In this document: piece after piece, positions 1 to 13,271 of the stretch
Position numbering within the stretch: the stretch's first letter is position 1
How the letters are laid out: every line of letters starts with the position of its first letter
Assembly: GCA_900617105.1 (NCBI GenBank)
Contig: UYFQ01000277.1
Span: 1 to 49,998 of the forward strand
Length of the DNA: 49,998 nucleotides
DNA from: Hydrurus foetidus
Lineage: Eukaryota
Direction of reading: 5' to 3'
Made by a program: the position numbers and the translations under genes
Notes under the pieces: generated by a model
The model's database searches: none
The model's input: the letters and a program-made list of their open reading frames with translations, nothing else
What the model was told of the DNA's origin: nothing

Positions 1-250
1 TAATACAATACAATACAATACAATACAATACAATACAATACAATATAATACAATACAATACAATACAATACAATACAATAATATCAATACAAGGCACAAT
101 TCAATACAGTACAATACAACACAATACAATACAATACAATACAATACAATACAATACAATACAATACATACAATACAATACATACAATACAATACAATAC
201 ATACAATACAATACATACAATACAATCCAATGCAACACTACACAATACGA
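1..250. repeat. (CAATA)n pentanucleotide microsatellite, intronic to the calpain gene
   Basis: Visible tandem CAATA units with variants. The Cys/Ile/Val/Leu/Tyr ORFs here are artefacts of the repeat. Confidence 0.95.
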
Positions 251-427
251 CACAACACGATGACATGCAGTACCACATAACAATAAATGTCATTGAACAA
301 TAACAAATACAACGAAGACAAAAATAGTGCTCTGGCAGCAACAAATGTCTACCACTTATATGTCAAGAAAATCTACACACGTACTACCAAATTTATGCGA
401 AGTAACAAATTTTACGTACGTACGCAC

Positions 428-3400
428 CTTCCCATTCTCCGTACCCCCAAGGATTCCGTAATTTCAACAGTCTGATTTCCGTGTTTTTCAGATCACCTTT
501 TCCTGCGTTGTGATTGATTTTGTTGAATCAGTGAGTATACGCAGAGATACGAGCATGCTTGAATACACATGTGGGTGATGGAGAGAGAATGAGAGAGAAA
601 TAGAAGGAAAGTGAGAGAAGAAGAGAGTGGATCGAGATCGAGATCAGTCAGGAATCAGAGATCCAGATCCGAGAGATCCGGAAGGTATAGAATCCGCAAA
701 AATTAAACGATTTGTAGTTTCGATACCGAAACGAATTACACCAGAGAGATGGATCGTGGACTTCATTCTAGACTCTGAGCGTTACATACGAACCTTGTAT
801 GATTCCTACATCCAGCAGACTATATGCATGTCCCATGTGTAGACCCATACCCGCATCAGCCTGAAGGTAGTGTGAGGTGTTGTGGTCGTGTGAGGTGGTG
901 TAAAGTAGTGTGAAGAAGTGAGGCTGAGGGCAGCGTTAGGCCGGTCCTTACGGTGTCAGGGTTCAGGGAAAGTTAGAATCGGATTTCGGTTTTGAAATCC
1001 AATTCTGACTTTTTCGATTTCGACGCTGAGATTGTCGGAAATTCGGCCTATTTTTCGACAATCTTCGCGTCGGAAATCGAAAAAGTCAGAATTGGATTTC
1101 AAAAACCGAAATCCGATTCTAACTTTCCCTGAAATCCGACACCGTAAGGACCGGCCTTAGAGTTAGATTAGATCTTGTTCAAGAGTTTGCTTCGTTGGAG
1201 TGAAATGGTGGAATTTCAAATTTACTCGAGTATAGTGAGGTACAGTGGTATCGATTAAAAAGTTGACAATACGGGAGCTTTAAAAGAAAGAAAGGAAAAA
1301 AAGGAAAACAATAATACTAGTCGACAGATCAAAACAAAGAGTAGAGCTCTGGGGTTCGGCGAGATGAAGAGAGGTATGTAAAGAGCTTATTCAGAATAAA
1401 CATGCTACTGTAGCAGAGGAAAGTAAGTGAAAAGAAATTGGAATGTTAAATAATCATCGCAACAGCACAATCTTATCAATGTTTTATTTCAGATTTGCTG
1501 CATTACAATATTTACAAACTTTTACTACGAAAATGAATCATTTAGTTCTCACATTTTTACATTTCAGATATTCGAATTAAAATAAATTGACATTATAAAA
1601 TGTGAAATTTTCTACGCTCCTAACTAACAGAATAATTTACCTCAGGTTTTGAATTTGCCGAGGACTCAGATTGAATGGAACATCCCATCAAACTCTCCCA
1701 TCTTTGATACTTCACCAAAATGCCCCATATCTGGTCTAATTTGGCTTTTTCTATTTTCGCTTTGAGGCTTACTTCAGGAAGAGATTTGCTCATCTATTTA
1801 TTGTGAACAATGGAATTTGGAATTACAGAGAGCAGCAAGAAAGAGCAAAAAGGCGAGGAGAGTAATTGGCAACGTATATTTAAATTTCAAATCCCATGCG
1901 ATCGAATTTACTAGATAAAAAAACACGCTATAATAAATAAATAAAATTTACTCAGACGCTATGCCAAATAACATTAGAATAAGTATGCCAAGAATAAATC
2001 AAAACTCCCTTAACACCATGAATCACACGTACGTACGCACATACAAATGTGTACGCACGTACAGAGACGTACGTACGTAGGCACTTACCCTTCCGATCTC
2101 TTCCGCAGCTTTGTCAAGGGTGTCCGAGTACCCCGGATATCCCGGCTTAAGCGTTATCATTCGCGGGGAGAATCCGGTTAAATCTCCCAGTCCTATCAAT
2201 GCGATAAGAGAATAATTGGAGGTAATGTATGAGGACAAATTGTGGAGAGATGTATGAGAGCACATAAAGGGAAGTCATCAAAAGAGAGAGGGAGAAGTGA
2301 CGAGAGATGAGACAGAGAGATGAACTGCACTGTATTGCACTGTATTGCACTGCGCTGTATTGTAATACACTATGACACAATAAGTACAGCACTGCCGTTT
2401 TCAACTCTGTATTTCGATCGCCTTCTGCAATTTAATTTTCATCCACTACACATCGGCTGTAGCTGAGCTCTCATCCATATTCTAATCATCTGTCGTCGCA
2501 GCACTTCATATTAATTTCTGTCTCATTCCACGGTACAGTACAGCACAATGCAATACAATACAATACAGTGCAATACAATTCAATACAATACAGTGCAATA
2601 CAATACAATACAATACAATACAATACAATACAATACAATACAATACAATTCAATACAATACAGTGCAATACAATACGATACGAGACAATACAATACAATA
2701 CAGTACAATACAGTACAATGCAATACAATACAATACAGTGCAATACAATACAATACAATACAATGCAATACAATGCAATACAATACAATACAGTGCAATA
2801 CAATACAATACAATACAATACAATACAATACAATACAATACAATACAATACAATACAGTGCAATACAATTCAATACAATTCAATACAATACAGTGCAATA
2901 CAATACGATACGATACGAGACAATACAATACAATTTAATACAGTGCAATGCAGTACAATACAATACAATACAATACAATACAATACAATACAATACAATA
3001 CAATACAATACAATACAATACAATACAATGCAATACAATTCAATACAATACAGTGCAATACAATACGATACGATACGAGACAATACAATACAATTTAATA
3101 CAGTGCAATGCAGTACAATACAATACAATACAATACAATTCGATACAATACAGTGCAATGCAGTACAATGCAGTACAGCACAGTACAGTACAATACAATA
3201 CAATACTATACAATACAATACAGTGCAAAACGCTATCAGCACATGAGGCCATACTGAGGAAGGAACAAATAGTACGTTCGTATGTAAGTGCGAGAATCAG
3301 ACGTCAGATCAGGATCGGATCGATCTTTTGCAGTCGAATAGAGATCCGAGAGAGAGAGAGACAGAGAGATTTTGAGAGAGACAGAGAGGGAGAGAGAGAA

Positions 3401-6400
3401 GAAAGAATAGAGGCGTGGAATCTCAACTCAACCCGGTAAACAAATGAAGAAGAATTATTTGGACCCAAATTCAGGAAAAATTAAAAGAGCGGATAAAATA
3501 TCAAAACAGTGAGACCATCACTCAAAGTTTGTTTGTAGGCATTGAGTGAGATGGTATCATAATATTAAATAAAATGTGAAACACCATCACATCACATCAC
3601 GTCACATAACACAACACACCATACCATAACATCACATCACATCATATCACGTCACGTCACATCACATCATATCATATCACATCACATCATATCATATCAC
3701 GTCACATCCCATCCCATCCCATCCCATCCCATCCCATCCCATCCCATCCCATCCCATCCCATCCCATCCCATCCCATCCCATCCCATCCCATCCCATCCC
3801 ATCCCATCCATCCATCCCCTCCCATCCCATCCCATCCCATCACACAATATCACATCACACAATATCACGTCACATCACATCACGTCACATCACATCACAT
3901 CACAGCACAGCACATCACATCATATCACGTCACATTTTCAAAATCAATTATTGCCACACCTTTTTCTATGAGAGAGACCCACAGTTCGTTAGGATCCTTC
4001 GCGTGTCCAAATATTGGATTTCCGTCTTTCGTGCGCACTGGTATTTTGTCGTCGATAATAACGTACACTACTGAGCAGTCTTTGAAAAACCTTCAAGAGA
4101 AAAGAGACAAGAGAAAAGAGACAAGAGAAGAGAGACAAGAGAAGAGAGACAAGAGAAGAGAGACAAGAGAAGAGAGACAAGAGAAGAGAGACAAGAGAAG
4201 AGAGACAAGAGAAGAGAGACAAGAGAAGAGAGACAAGAGAAGAGAGACAAGAGGGAAGGGAGGGGAGAGAAGCCATCATAAAGGGTAGCAGAGTAGAGTA
4301 GATTAGATTACTTTGGTTTCACAGCAGAGGAATAGAATAGTGGAAGAGCGGATTAATGTCGGGCTGAAACTAACACTCGTAGACTCTACCATTCAACCGA
4401 CATATCTGACTGCGACAAGAGGTGTATGACTAGAAAGCCAGAGAAGAAAAAGTCCATCAATGTTTTACAGTGCCTCACATTAATACTAATTCTAGTTATC
4501 CGGTAGCATAGCAATTCTACGGACACGCCGTAAATCGAAATAAGGCAGAACTCATGTTAATTAGTACTTCATTAATGCATTGTAACTGCAGATTAGGTGC
4601 AATAATTTGCTCTTACAAAAATCAATCTTTTCAGACTAAAAAATCACTCACACAACATACATAACCTGCTGTTACATAAAACAAAGAATAAAGATAAATA
4701 AAACCGTAATCATAATAATAATTATAATCAAATTAAAAATATACCTGCATACAAAGATGCCAAATTCCTTGAAGCTGTCCAGTCTCCAGAAACACTGGCC
4801 CAGCAGGGACTCACGGGATCCCATTACGGCTAACGCGGACAGGAACCAGCAGTCCCCTAATTGGCCCTGAGTGGTTGGGGGGATGAGAACGATAATAGAA
4901 AGAAGAAGAAGAAGAAGAAGAAGAAGGGATAAGAGTGATAAGGTGCAATGCCAGGAGGTTTCAAGTGGCCTGATGATGTACAAAAAATGAGATTAAAGAG
5001 GATGACAAAGACAATGCGATGAGAATCGGTAAAATAACAATGAGGTACATAACATAACATCAAACATATGAATACACTAAAAAGTAAAGCACACACGTAC
5101 TTGCACAACATCGCCCGAAGAAGAACCGTCTATGAAAAGTTTTCCGTGCTGACACCAAATTCCGTCATTTCCAGGTTTTGGAGAGAAATCACCGAATTCG
5201 TCATCTTCATCATCTCCTTCGCTCTGCAAGCAATTATAACATGGCACGGCACAGAATGACAAATATGATGAGTGCATAGAGTCACAAGCGGTTCATTATA
5301 AATCGTCAACATGTGAGAGAATAAACGCAGAAAAGAATCGAGAAAGCCCAGCACGCTGATTGTCTCTTCGTCCATCCATATCAAGATACATACTTAATTG
5401 CTGATCCACTATTTATCTGGACCAACCCCTATAAACGACAATCTGCTCACACAAATTGTACCCTACTGAACACTGAAAACAGAATTGTACAGTCAGTGTG
5501 TGTACTGTCGTTTATAGGGGCGGGGGGGGGTCCAGATTAAACATGTATCAGCAATAAACGAAGAGCCTGAACAGCTGCTCCATGCAATTGTCCATTCCTT
5601 TTTCTTTTTCCGTATTTCTCTGCTTTTGATCCATCAATAGAGAGACTGCTGCAACACCAAAGCAGTTTTGATTTCATCTTCACCCTCTCTCACTAATGCT
5701 ATCTCTTCTATCCTCTACTTCCTCTTCAACTTTCAGTCCCTCCCTTTCTTTCCCTTCTTGTCACTCTCTTGCCCTCTCCTTTTCTGTCACTTTCTTGCCC
5801 AGTCTTACTTCTTTTCTCCCATTCTGTCACTCACTTGCTCTGCATCGCTGTCTTCTGTGGACAAGAAGTGCCCGTCATCGTAGTGCGGCCGGTCCCAACG
5901 AAGGGAGTCAGGCGAAGGGTACTTGGATCCTAGATTCCATCAAGATGTGAAGATAACAGTAAAGTGAGAAAAACACAGAGATAGTAGTAGAGGTAGAGGT
6001 TGAGAGTGAGTCAGTAAATCAGTGAGTCAGTCAGTCAGTCAGTCAGTCAGTCAGTCAGTCACCTAGTAAATTAGTTAGTTATAAAGTAAGTCGTCGAGTC
6101 AGTCAGTCAGTCAGTCAGTCAGTCAGTCAGTCAGTCAGTCAGTCAGTCAGTCAGTCAGTCAGTCAGTCAGTCAGTCAGTCAGTCAGTCAGTCAGTCAGTC
6201 AGTCAGTCAGTCAGTCAGTCAGTCATCATCAGTCAGTCAGTCAGTCAGTCAGTCAGTCAGTCAGTCAGTCAGTCAGTCAGTCAGTCAGTCAGTCAGTCAG
6301 TCAGTCAGTCAGTCAGTCAGTCAGTCAGTCAGTCAGTCAGTCAGTCAGTCAGTCAGTCAGTCAGTCAGTCAGTCAGTCAGTCAGTCAGTCAGTCAGTCAG

Positions 6401-6982
6401 TCAGTCAGTCAGTCAGTCAGTCAGTCAGTCAGTCACTCTGTTAATGGTCTTTGGAGCGAGATAGGATTCAGTTACCTGCAGGATTTGGTGGCCCTGATCC
6501 GTAGAGAGATACTGCACCGTATTCGTCCGAGTCGTTCGGTCCAAAATCGGGATCAATGAACTTCTCATGTGTTACTTTCAACTTATCAATAATTTCTAAC
6601 AAATTGATTAAAAGGAGTTGTGACGGAGACCGTATTGCACTTGAGACTCAAAGCAGAAATAAAAGTGAGTTGTCATTCGTAGAGACAGTACGATTGTTTT
6701 ACAAAATTACAGAGAAATCTCGCTACCTTTGACTTTGGCTTCTACTTTTCTGTCAATTTTCTTCAGCTCATCAGGATTCTTCATATCAACACCTATACAA
6801 CAGCCAGTAGGCGATGCAAATTGCATATGGTGCAGCTGGATTAGTAAGACGCTTTTGATTCTACTCTATGAGCTGTCATAAACAGTTCAAATGAAATCCA
6901 GTATGTTGAGAAGCTGTAAAGGAGTGTTCAGCATCAGCCACTGGACAGATCGACTTCAGAGTAAGTGAGCGATACTAACCAT
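428..6982 (-). CDS. Calpain-family cysteine protease (CysPc domain), multi-exon; 3' part continues off the left edge
   Basis: GT-AG exons read by hand: KFIDPDFGP (~6476-6595), SLRWDRP (~5837-5930), LFIDGSSSGDVVQ (~5101-5224), GQLGDCWFLSAL with catalytic Cys (4745-4867), VIIDDKIP...NELWVSLIEK (~3960-4090), GLGDLTGF (~2088-2192), LMGCSI (~1640-1733), GHAYSLLD with catalytic His (~790-860), LLKLRNPWG with catalytic Asn (428-502). Start ATG at ~6982 is tentative. Confidence 0.9.
939..1156. mobile_element. Fold-back MITE (PIF/Harbinger/Tourist-like) in a calpain intron
   Basis: 218 bp near-perfect inverted repeat, GGCCGGTCCTTACGGTGTC...GACACCGTAAGGACCGGCC, flanked by TTA on both sides (936-938, 1157-1159). 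Confidence 0.8.
2540..3226. repeat. (CAATA)n microsatellite with higher-order variants (CAGTG, CGATA, CAATT)
   Basis: Visible tandem pentamers. Source of the spurious QYNTI/CIVLY ORFs. Confidence 0.95.
3585..3934. repeat. (CATCA)n/(CATCC)n compound microsatellite
   Basis: Visible pentamer arrays. Confidence 0.92.
4096..4253. repeat. 12-bp purine-rich tandem repeat (GAGACAAGAGAA)n
   Basis: About 13 visible units. Forms the pyrimidine tract upstream of a minus-strand calpain exon. Confidence 0.9.
5397..5555. mobile_element. Degenerate MITE-like inverted-repeat element in a calpain intron
   Basis: ATTGCTGAT..ATCTGGACC..CCCCTATAAACGACA at the left is mirrored by TGTCGTTTATAGGGG..GGTCCAGAT..ATCAGCAAT at the right. 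No clean TSD. Confidence 0.6.
6025..6435. repeat. (CAGT)n tetranucleotide microsatellite
   Basis: Visible array with one short interruption. Confidence 0.95.
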
Positions 6983-8134
6983 TGATATCAAACGATATCA
7001 CAGTCGACATAGACATATAAAACGCTTTCCCAGAATTCGACATGATCGGCACCCTCTTTTACGTACTCTTTGAGTTGAGATCACGAACTAGATAAGTAAT
7101 GGAAGTTACCTATCAATCTGTTTGCAGTCACGCTTCAGAGAGAGCTACAAAAGAGCATAAAAGTCGCAAAAGTTTTGGAGTAGGCTGTTTCTGCGACTAT
7201 TCCAGCCCAAGACTGAACCTCTAACCTCTAACCTCTAACAACTTGATTTACCGTTACATCGATGAAGATTGAAGATGGCAGCAGGAGACTAAGCGTGACC
7301 ACACACATTAATCGAGCACTAAAAAAGGTCAAATTTTGTTTCAAAGTCATCATATGATATCTCCAAAAACTTTGTGATCAACGATTTCCATACAAGTCCA
7401 TGATATGATTGCTCTATTCCTTGAATTCTAGTTGTTGTGGAAGAGCATCCTTGCCCTCCAGATGATGACTAATTCTTCAATCGTGCAGTCTACCATTAAT
7501 CTCGTAGGAAAAGATTTTTATGAAAGTTAATTTGTCGAAGGAGACAATAGAAATGAGAAGCTAACATAATTATATTTATTGGTCAGACGATCTGATCTGC
7601 ACAAACAGAGTGTTCCTTCAAAATAGTGGAGATTTTTTTAAATATCTTCTTCAAAATAAATTGATGGATTGTATGAAGAGCAACTTCATATAAATGATAG
7701 GAATATTAGAAAAGCATGGTTCCAAAAATTCGTGAAATTTTTTATTACTGTAAGTAACTACGGGTTTATAAATGCATGAAATGTAGGTTGCTCTAATAAA
7801 GATGCTTCTTCTGGGGAGTGATGAGACTAGTTATCATTAGCTAATGGTTGAATCTTCTTCTTGGCATTATTTTTTCAAGTGTCGCCCACGCGGATGCGTC
7901 ACCAATTGTGTATATTCATTATCAAGAAATCTTTAACTGAATGGAAGTACGGAAATACTACTATATTTCTGTAGGATCACAAAAAATCAGTAGAAAAAAA
8001 TCCAATTGAAATACGAATCCCGAATCAGCTTCGTGTGATGTGTGATGTGTGATGTGATGTGTGATACTGTGATACCACTCTTGCTCTGCGAAAAAAAGGC
8101 GTCATAGTTTACAACAGGCCTGCGTGTAGAAGAA

Positions 8135-9326
8135 ATGATGGAGACGAGCAGAAACGATCAGCAGAGTATGGTTGTCCCTTCCTCATCTTCCGCTCAGATT
8201 ATGCTACAGGAAGAGACGTTGATGAAGTATTTCTCAGGCATGATTCAGGCTAGTTTTGGGACCCCTCAGTCGACCAAACGAACAAATGGGCAGATTAGGG
8301 TCCACTGGAGAGTTTCGGTGAGCGAGTCATGACACTGCGGTCAATAGATTCACATAGACTCTAACTTACAGAGATTGCTACACTGCGGTTGTTCTTTGAG
8401 CAGAGCACGGCCATTGTTTTTTTCAGACAGTTTTACTTAAAAAATGACCTGCTCCAGCACGATCCGAGAATCGTCATGTGAGTCCTATGAAGGCGACTTT
8501 TCTGTCACCTTTATGTGGTTAAATTTGCATCATTTTTATCTGAAGCACTCAAATTGTTGTGTCAGGTTGGCAACGGTATTTCTCGCAGGTAAAATAGAAG
8601 AATGTCGTGTGAGTATCAAAGACCTACTCCAAGTTTACGACAAGTGTACAGATGAGAATATCAAGGCCTGTGAATTGCTCGTAATAGAGGTATAAACACT
8701 GCACCCTCGATCTTGATGAACAGCGTTTGACTTCATACGTTATGATGAATTCGCCTAACTAACTAGTCATTCTCTCATTCAAATAGTCTGTGGACTTCAA
8801 GTTCAGTGTGAAGCATCCGCAGAGCATTGTTCACACATTGATAGCCGATTTTAAGCGCATTAGTGCTGAAGTGACGTGTAATGGCGGTAGCAGTATCAGC
8901 AAACACGTAGGTGACTCAGAGTTCAGCACCTCCAGTGCGATGGACGTGGAGGAGGGTGCACTGGACAGGGAGAGCAACGCTCGCAGGGAGTGGGCCATAG
9001 CTGCTGAAGCAGCTCTCATCGTGCTGCAGCTCTCTAATGCTGCTTTGCTCTTCTCTCCTCTCGTGGTTGCAGTGTGTGCTCTCAAGGCCACACAACCGGA
9101 TGGAGTTTTCAGCACCTCACTCGACTCCTGTCTTTTTCGAAGGTTTGGGGAGGCAGCTAGTGCTTTACTCGATAACTTCGCTGCAATAGAGAGCATGCTA
9201 GAAATTGCCAAAGCACCCATAGATATGACTTTCCTGAAAAACGTTTGCATGGAAAGACTGAAGAAGGAAAGCGTCTGGAGCAAAGCTAAAGTCAAAAAAT
9301 CAAAAAGTATCCCTGCCAGTGACTGA
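8135..9326 (+). CDS. Cyclin H-like transcriptional cyclin, 4 exons
   Basis: Spliced cyclin box STAIVFFRQFYLKNDLLQHDPRIVM/LATVFLAGKIEE, then ELLVIE/SVDFKFSVKHP and LLFSPLVVAVCAL. GT-AG introns at ~8318-8403, ~8478-8565, ~8690-8786. The true N-terminus may lie further upstream. Confidence 0.75.
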
Positions 9327-10071
9327 CATCATTTCACTTTAATTCTTTTTCTTGAGATTAAGATTAAAGTGGTGATTCTAGTTTCGATGATTTTTCTGAC
9401 GAGGAAGACTGACTAGTGCAGATCAATGCGAGTGGGAGTTTCACTTCGAATTTCCTGCTTGTTGACTGTAGACTGGGGGAGACGTAGAATTTACGATTTC
9501 GATCAGTGAGCTGCAGGAATTTTGTGAGGTATCAGCCCCTCATATCTCGAAATTTGACAAAAACCTTTTTTCGCCTCATTAGTGTACTCAGCCGTTTTTA
9601 GAGGCATATGAAGAATACTGTCCGAATAACTGCACTGCAGGGAGATGCCTCGTAGGAAATTTCATTTATGATCTTCGGCCATGTTTGTGGAATGTAGTAC
9701 GTAGCAATCGTCACTTCGGGAGGCTTTTGTTTCTGTTATTTTAACGTCCGTTATTAAATGCTTATTAGAAATCTCGCTTGCACATATTCGTCATGTGGAC
9801 AGATTTTGGATACAGGTGATAGAGGAGAGTCCTAAAGTCACATCCACACGGCAAAAGGAAAGATGGAATCCAGAAATTTGCTGCAATTTAAGTTGTTTCT
9901 GTGTGGGAGCAGTAACCTTTTAAGATTATTTAAGATGTTACCGACTTCTTAACACTTCTATGAGACCTTGATCTTGGTTGATGTCATCTATTAGTAGACT
10001 AGAGTATCAGCAGCGACGGCACAGCAAGGGCGGCACTATCCTCTTCGCTGTTGCATACGAGAAACCCAACA

Positions 10072-11404
10072 ATGAAGACTGTCATTGCTTGCCTCCTGCT
10101 GCAGTCATCCTTGCTGCTTGTGGATGGTCTTATTAATTACCATAAGTTTGATGGTGGGTACTCAAGAAGTGGTTACTCATTATGGATGGGAAAGGGCTTT
10201 GGCGCGGTAAAGAAGCCAGCATTTAAGTATACTGGCTCTGTAGTTCCCGGTATTCTCGGTCCACCACTTGAAGTTTCGCAATCTATTGGAAGACCTGATT
10301 ATGCTCTCGATGGCATCCCAAAATCTAAGTCGAGAGGATTACCATGGGAAGTCTTCCCCCAGACAGAAGACGATATCGCACGGATGAGAATATCCGGGAA
10401 GATAGCTAGGGAGGTTTTAGACGCTGCGGTCAGATTTGTAAAAGCAGGAGTTACGACACAGGAAATAGACGCGTTGGTACATGAAGAGGCGACAAAAAGA
10501 AACGCATATCCCTCTCCACTCAATTATCATGGTTTCCCGAAATCTTGCTGCACATCAATAAATGAAATCATCTGCCATGGAATTCCCGATTCAACTGTGG
10601 TAAAGGACGGAGACATAATCAATATTGACGTCACTGTCTTCCACGATGGTGTTCACGGAGACTGTTCTGAGACGGTCATGATAGGAAACGTCTCACCCGC
10701 TGTGAAGGATTTAGTCATAACAACATACGAAGCATGGCAGGCAGCTATTGCAATTTGCAAACCTGGGACAAAATACAGTGACATTGGGGGCGTGATTGAG
10801 GATATAATTATCCCTAAGGGATATACATCAGTGAAAGAGTTTTGTGGTCACGGGTGAGAACATTTCTACCTTTATTGTGCTGCCCTTTTGAAACGATACT
10901 AATTTCTATTAGTGGAATATTTGAGATTTAATTTTTTTCTTGAAAATTCCTGAAGTCGATCGGAACATCATTAAAGCAGTATCTAACTTCTCCTTCCCTT
11001 TTCTACTTCTCTTGCAATCACAGTGTGGGTAGAGTTTTCCACACCACACCGAATGTTCTCCACTACAAGAATAAGCAGAAGAGTGGGGTTATGGCGTATG
11101 GACACACATTCACAATAGAGCCCATGATATGTCTAGGTTTGTCAAACGCAGCTTTACTTTCGTCTAGATAGTGATGTTGCCACAATTTCAATCATTCTCT
11201 TCCCACTCTGCATCTCATTCACCACCACACACTGACAATACAGGAAGTCCCCAACCGGTTGCCTGGCCCGATGCGTGGACTCAAGCCACTGCTGACGGTC
11301 TCCCCTCTGCCCAGTTTGAACACACGCTGTTAATCACACACACAGGCGTTGAAATGCTGACTGGAAAGCTACCTTCTTCACCGAAGTACTCGTGGGAAGA
11401 ATAA
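10072..11404 (+). CDS. Methionine aminopeptidase type I (MAP1-like), probably plastid-targeted, 3 exons
   Basis: Motifs [34 protein letters not shown]...HGDCSET, FCGHG/VG..FHT.P, FTIEPM, SAQFEHT. N-terminal hydrophobic signal peptide [19 protein letters not shown]. Confidence 0.93.
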
Positions 11405-11792
11405 TTGATATGCTATATTGGTCGAGAAATCATTTAAAGCACTTTATTTATTATAACGTCAAAAATTCAAAACTATCGCGATATACTTGACATTTTCTCT
11501 TACGGGTTGTTACACGAAGTAAATGAATTGTGTAACCAAGGTGCGAATGAGCTTCTTGCAGACATGAAGTATCCAACAAGACTGACGAAGTGCATCCACA
11601 TACCGCTGTCGCCCGGAGCACTTCGAGCAGTACGAAAATAAACACGCTGCTCAAAACTGATGTGAATTACATTGATTCACAAATATTTCGTGGACATGGA
11701 GAATATGGACGATATCTTGGATCAGTAAATTTGATTTCTATGGCGTATTATGTCACACTCGGCTGGATGGTATGAGTGTTGGCAGCCTTCGT

Positions 11793-12806
11793 TCAAAGAT
11801 CTTCCCACGGTCGCTTTGACGAACTTTTCAGCTGTATGTGGCTGACGTCTGGATGTACTATTCTCTTAGACACCTCCGCCCTGATTAATTTGAAAAAATC
11901 AGGGGTCGCACTTGAAATAAGTCGACGTGCTGTATGCTCGTTTAGTATGAGGGCACCACCGACAGTTCCCCTCCCTGTGCCGGTACCAGTCAAAGGACTG
12001 GTAAAGGTGAGTTGAAAATCACTGATTGAATTGAAACTCTGCCTAAAGTACAAAGGAACACGTAAGTTGCTATCAGGGCGGGGCACTGAGATACTGAGCC
12101 AATATGGAAATGTCTGTACTTCTGGGATTCCATCCAAGCACATCATGCGACAGGCGCCTTTGTTTGCACTCTGGTAAGCCATAGCAACGGCAAGCGCGAT
12201 TTCATCGTCAGCATTCGTGGATTCTTCCTTGACAAGATGTCCGATTCTCAGAATAGCAGAGAAACGGCCAAGAGGTGCAAAGTTTGGTAGACAGGCATTT
12301 TGGAGACATGCTGTCTTGATGAATTCCACCATATTCCTAATCTTCTCATCAGAAAATTTCGGACATTGAGCAATCAGAATTATATCCATTTCCCACGGAC
12401 AAGTCACCTTCCCGCAGTATGCCGCTGATATACACTCAATTATTCCATCAGTAAACTCGCCGAACAGCATGTACTCATATCTTTGAGGCATTTTACCAGG
12501 CATCACCTTCAAAACTTTCCCCAGTATCTCTAGAAGTTCATATATTTCGATATCACGATTACCGGAAATAACTCCCAGAGATTTCTGCCACGCCTCAATG
12601 GTAGCTCTGGACTCAACAGCTGATAGCTGTCGGATGCCGTATTCTCCTCCTCCTCTTCTGTTTCCTCGAGTTGTATCAATAGGAGGCTTCATGAGATCAA
12701 CATTTCTGTCGCTCTGTTTCATTAATAATCTGAACGAGTCGCAAAAGTTGAGGATGAAAATTGTGAGAGCGCATCGGATGTAGCTCCAATTCTGAGAGGA
12801 TATCAT
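11793..12806 (-). CDS. Hypothetical protein (337 aa), possible bipartite plastid leader
   Basis: Uninterrupted 1 kb ORF in the gene-dense region. Hydrophobic N-terminus ends ...NFCDS-FRLL. No family recognised. Confidence 0.65.
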   Translation of the reverse strand: MISSQNWSYIRCALTIFILNFCDSFRLLMKQSDRNVDLMKPPIDTTRGNRRGGGEYGIRQLSAVESRATIEAWQKSLGVISGNRDIEIYELLEILGKVLKVMPGKMPQRYEYMLFGEFTDGIIECISAAYCGKVTCPWEMDIILIAQCPKFSDEKIRNMVEFIKTACLQNACLPNFAPLGRFSAILRIGHLVKEESTNADDEIALAVAMAYQSANKGACRMMCLDGIPEVQTFPYWLSISVPRPDSNLRVPLYFRQSFNSISDFQLTFTSPLTGTGTGRGTVGGALILNEHTARRLISSATPDFFKLIRAEVSKRIVHPDVSHIQLKSSSKRPWEDL

Positions 12807-13271
12807 TGTCGCATTAACTAGAGGGCCTCATAGGTCCTTCACATGGTAGAGGAGAGATAATCGAAAGCTAACAAAGTGACAAGTGACCCAACAGTCAATT
12901 CCGTGGGTGCCGCAGTACGTCGTTCCCGGCGCCCAATTTCTTACGTAATATTTTCCAGTGACATATCATAGAGAGTATCAGGTCAACAGATCACATTCTG
13001 CTTTACAGAACGCTTCCTGTCTGGGCAAGCCAACCCAATGTTGCGACACTCAGCGGTCAGCGTGTCAGCGGGATTAGAATTATTGACTGTAGACTGATCC
13101 ACACATACACAAGTAAAGCTTTCATGTTTTATATCACGTCATCAACGAGGTTTATCAGGTGGTAGCAGTTATAAAACACCTCATGCGCGACGCTGGAGCC
13201 CTATTCCCGATTGGTCCATATCTGGCATCGTCGCTGCTTCAATCAGCGGAAACTTGAATCGATTCTGAAGC

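Noticed and set aside
84..3439. Many ORFs of the CIVLY/QYNTI type
   Set aside because: They are translations of (CAATA)n microsatellites inside calpain introns.
3968..4288. ERQEKRDKRRETR repeat ORF and its antisense ORFs
   Set aside because: Product of an intronic 12-bp tandem repeat that overlaps a real minus-strand exon.
7216..7240. (AACCTCT)3 as a telomeric repeat
   Set aside because: Only about 3 units, interstitial, and not a recognised telomere motif.
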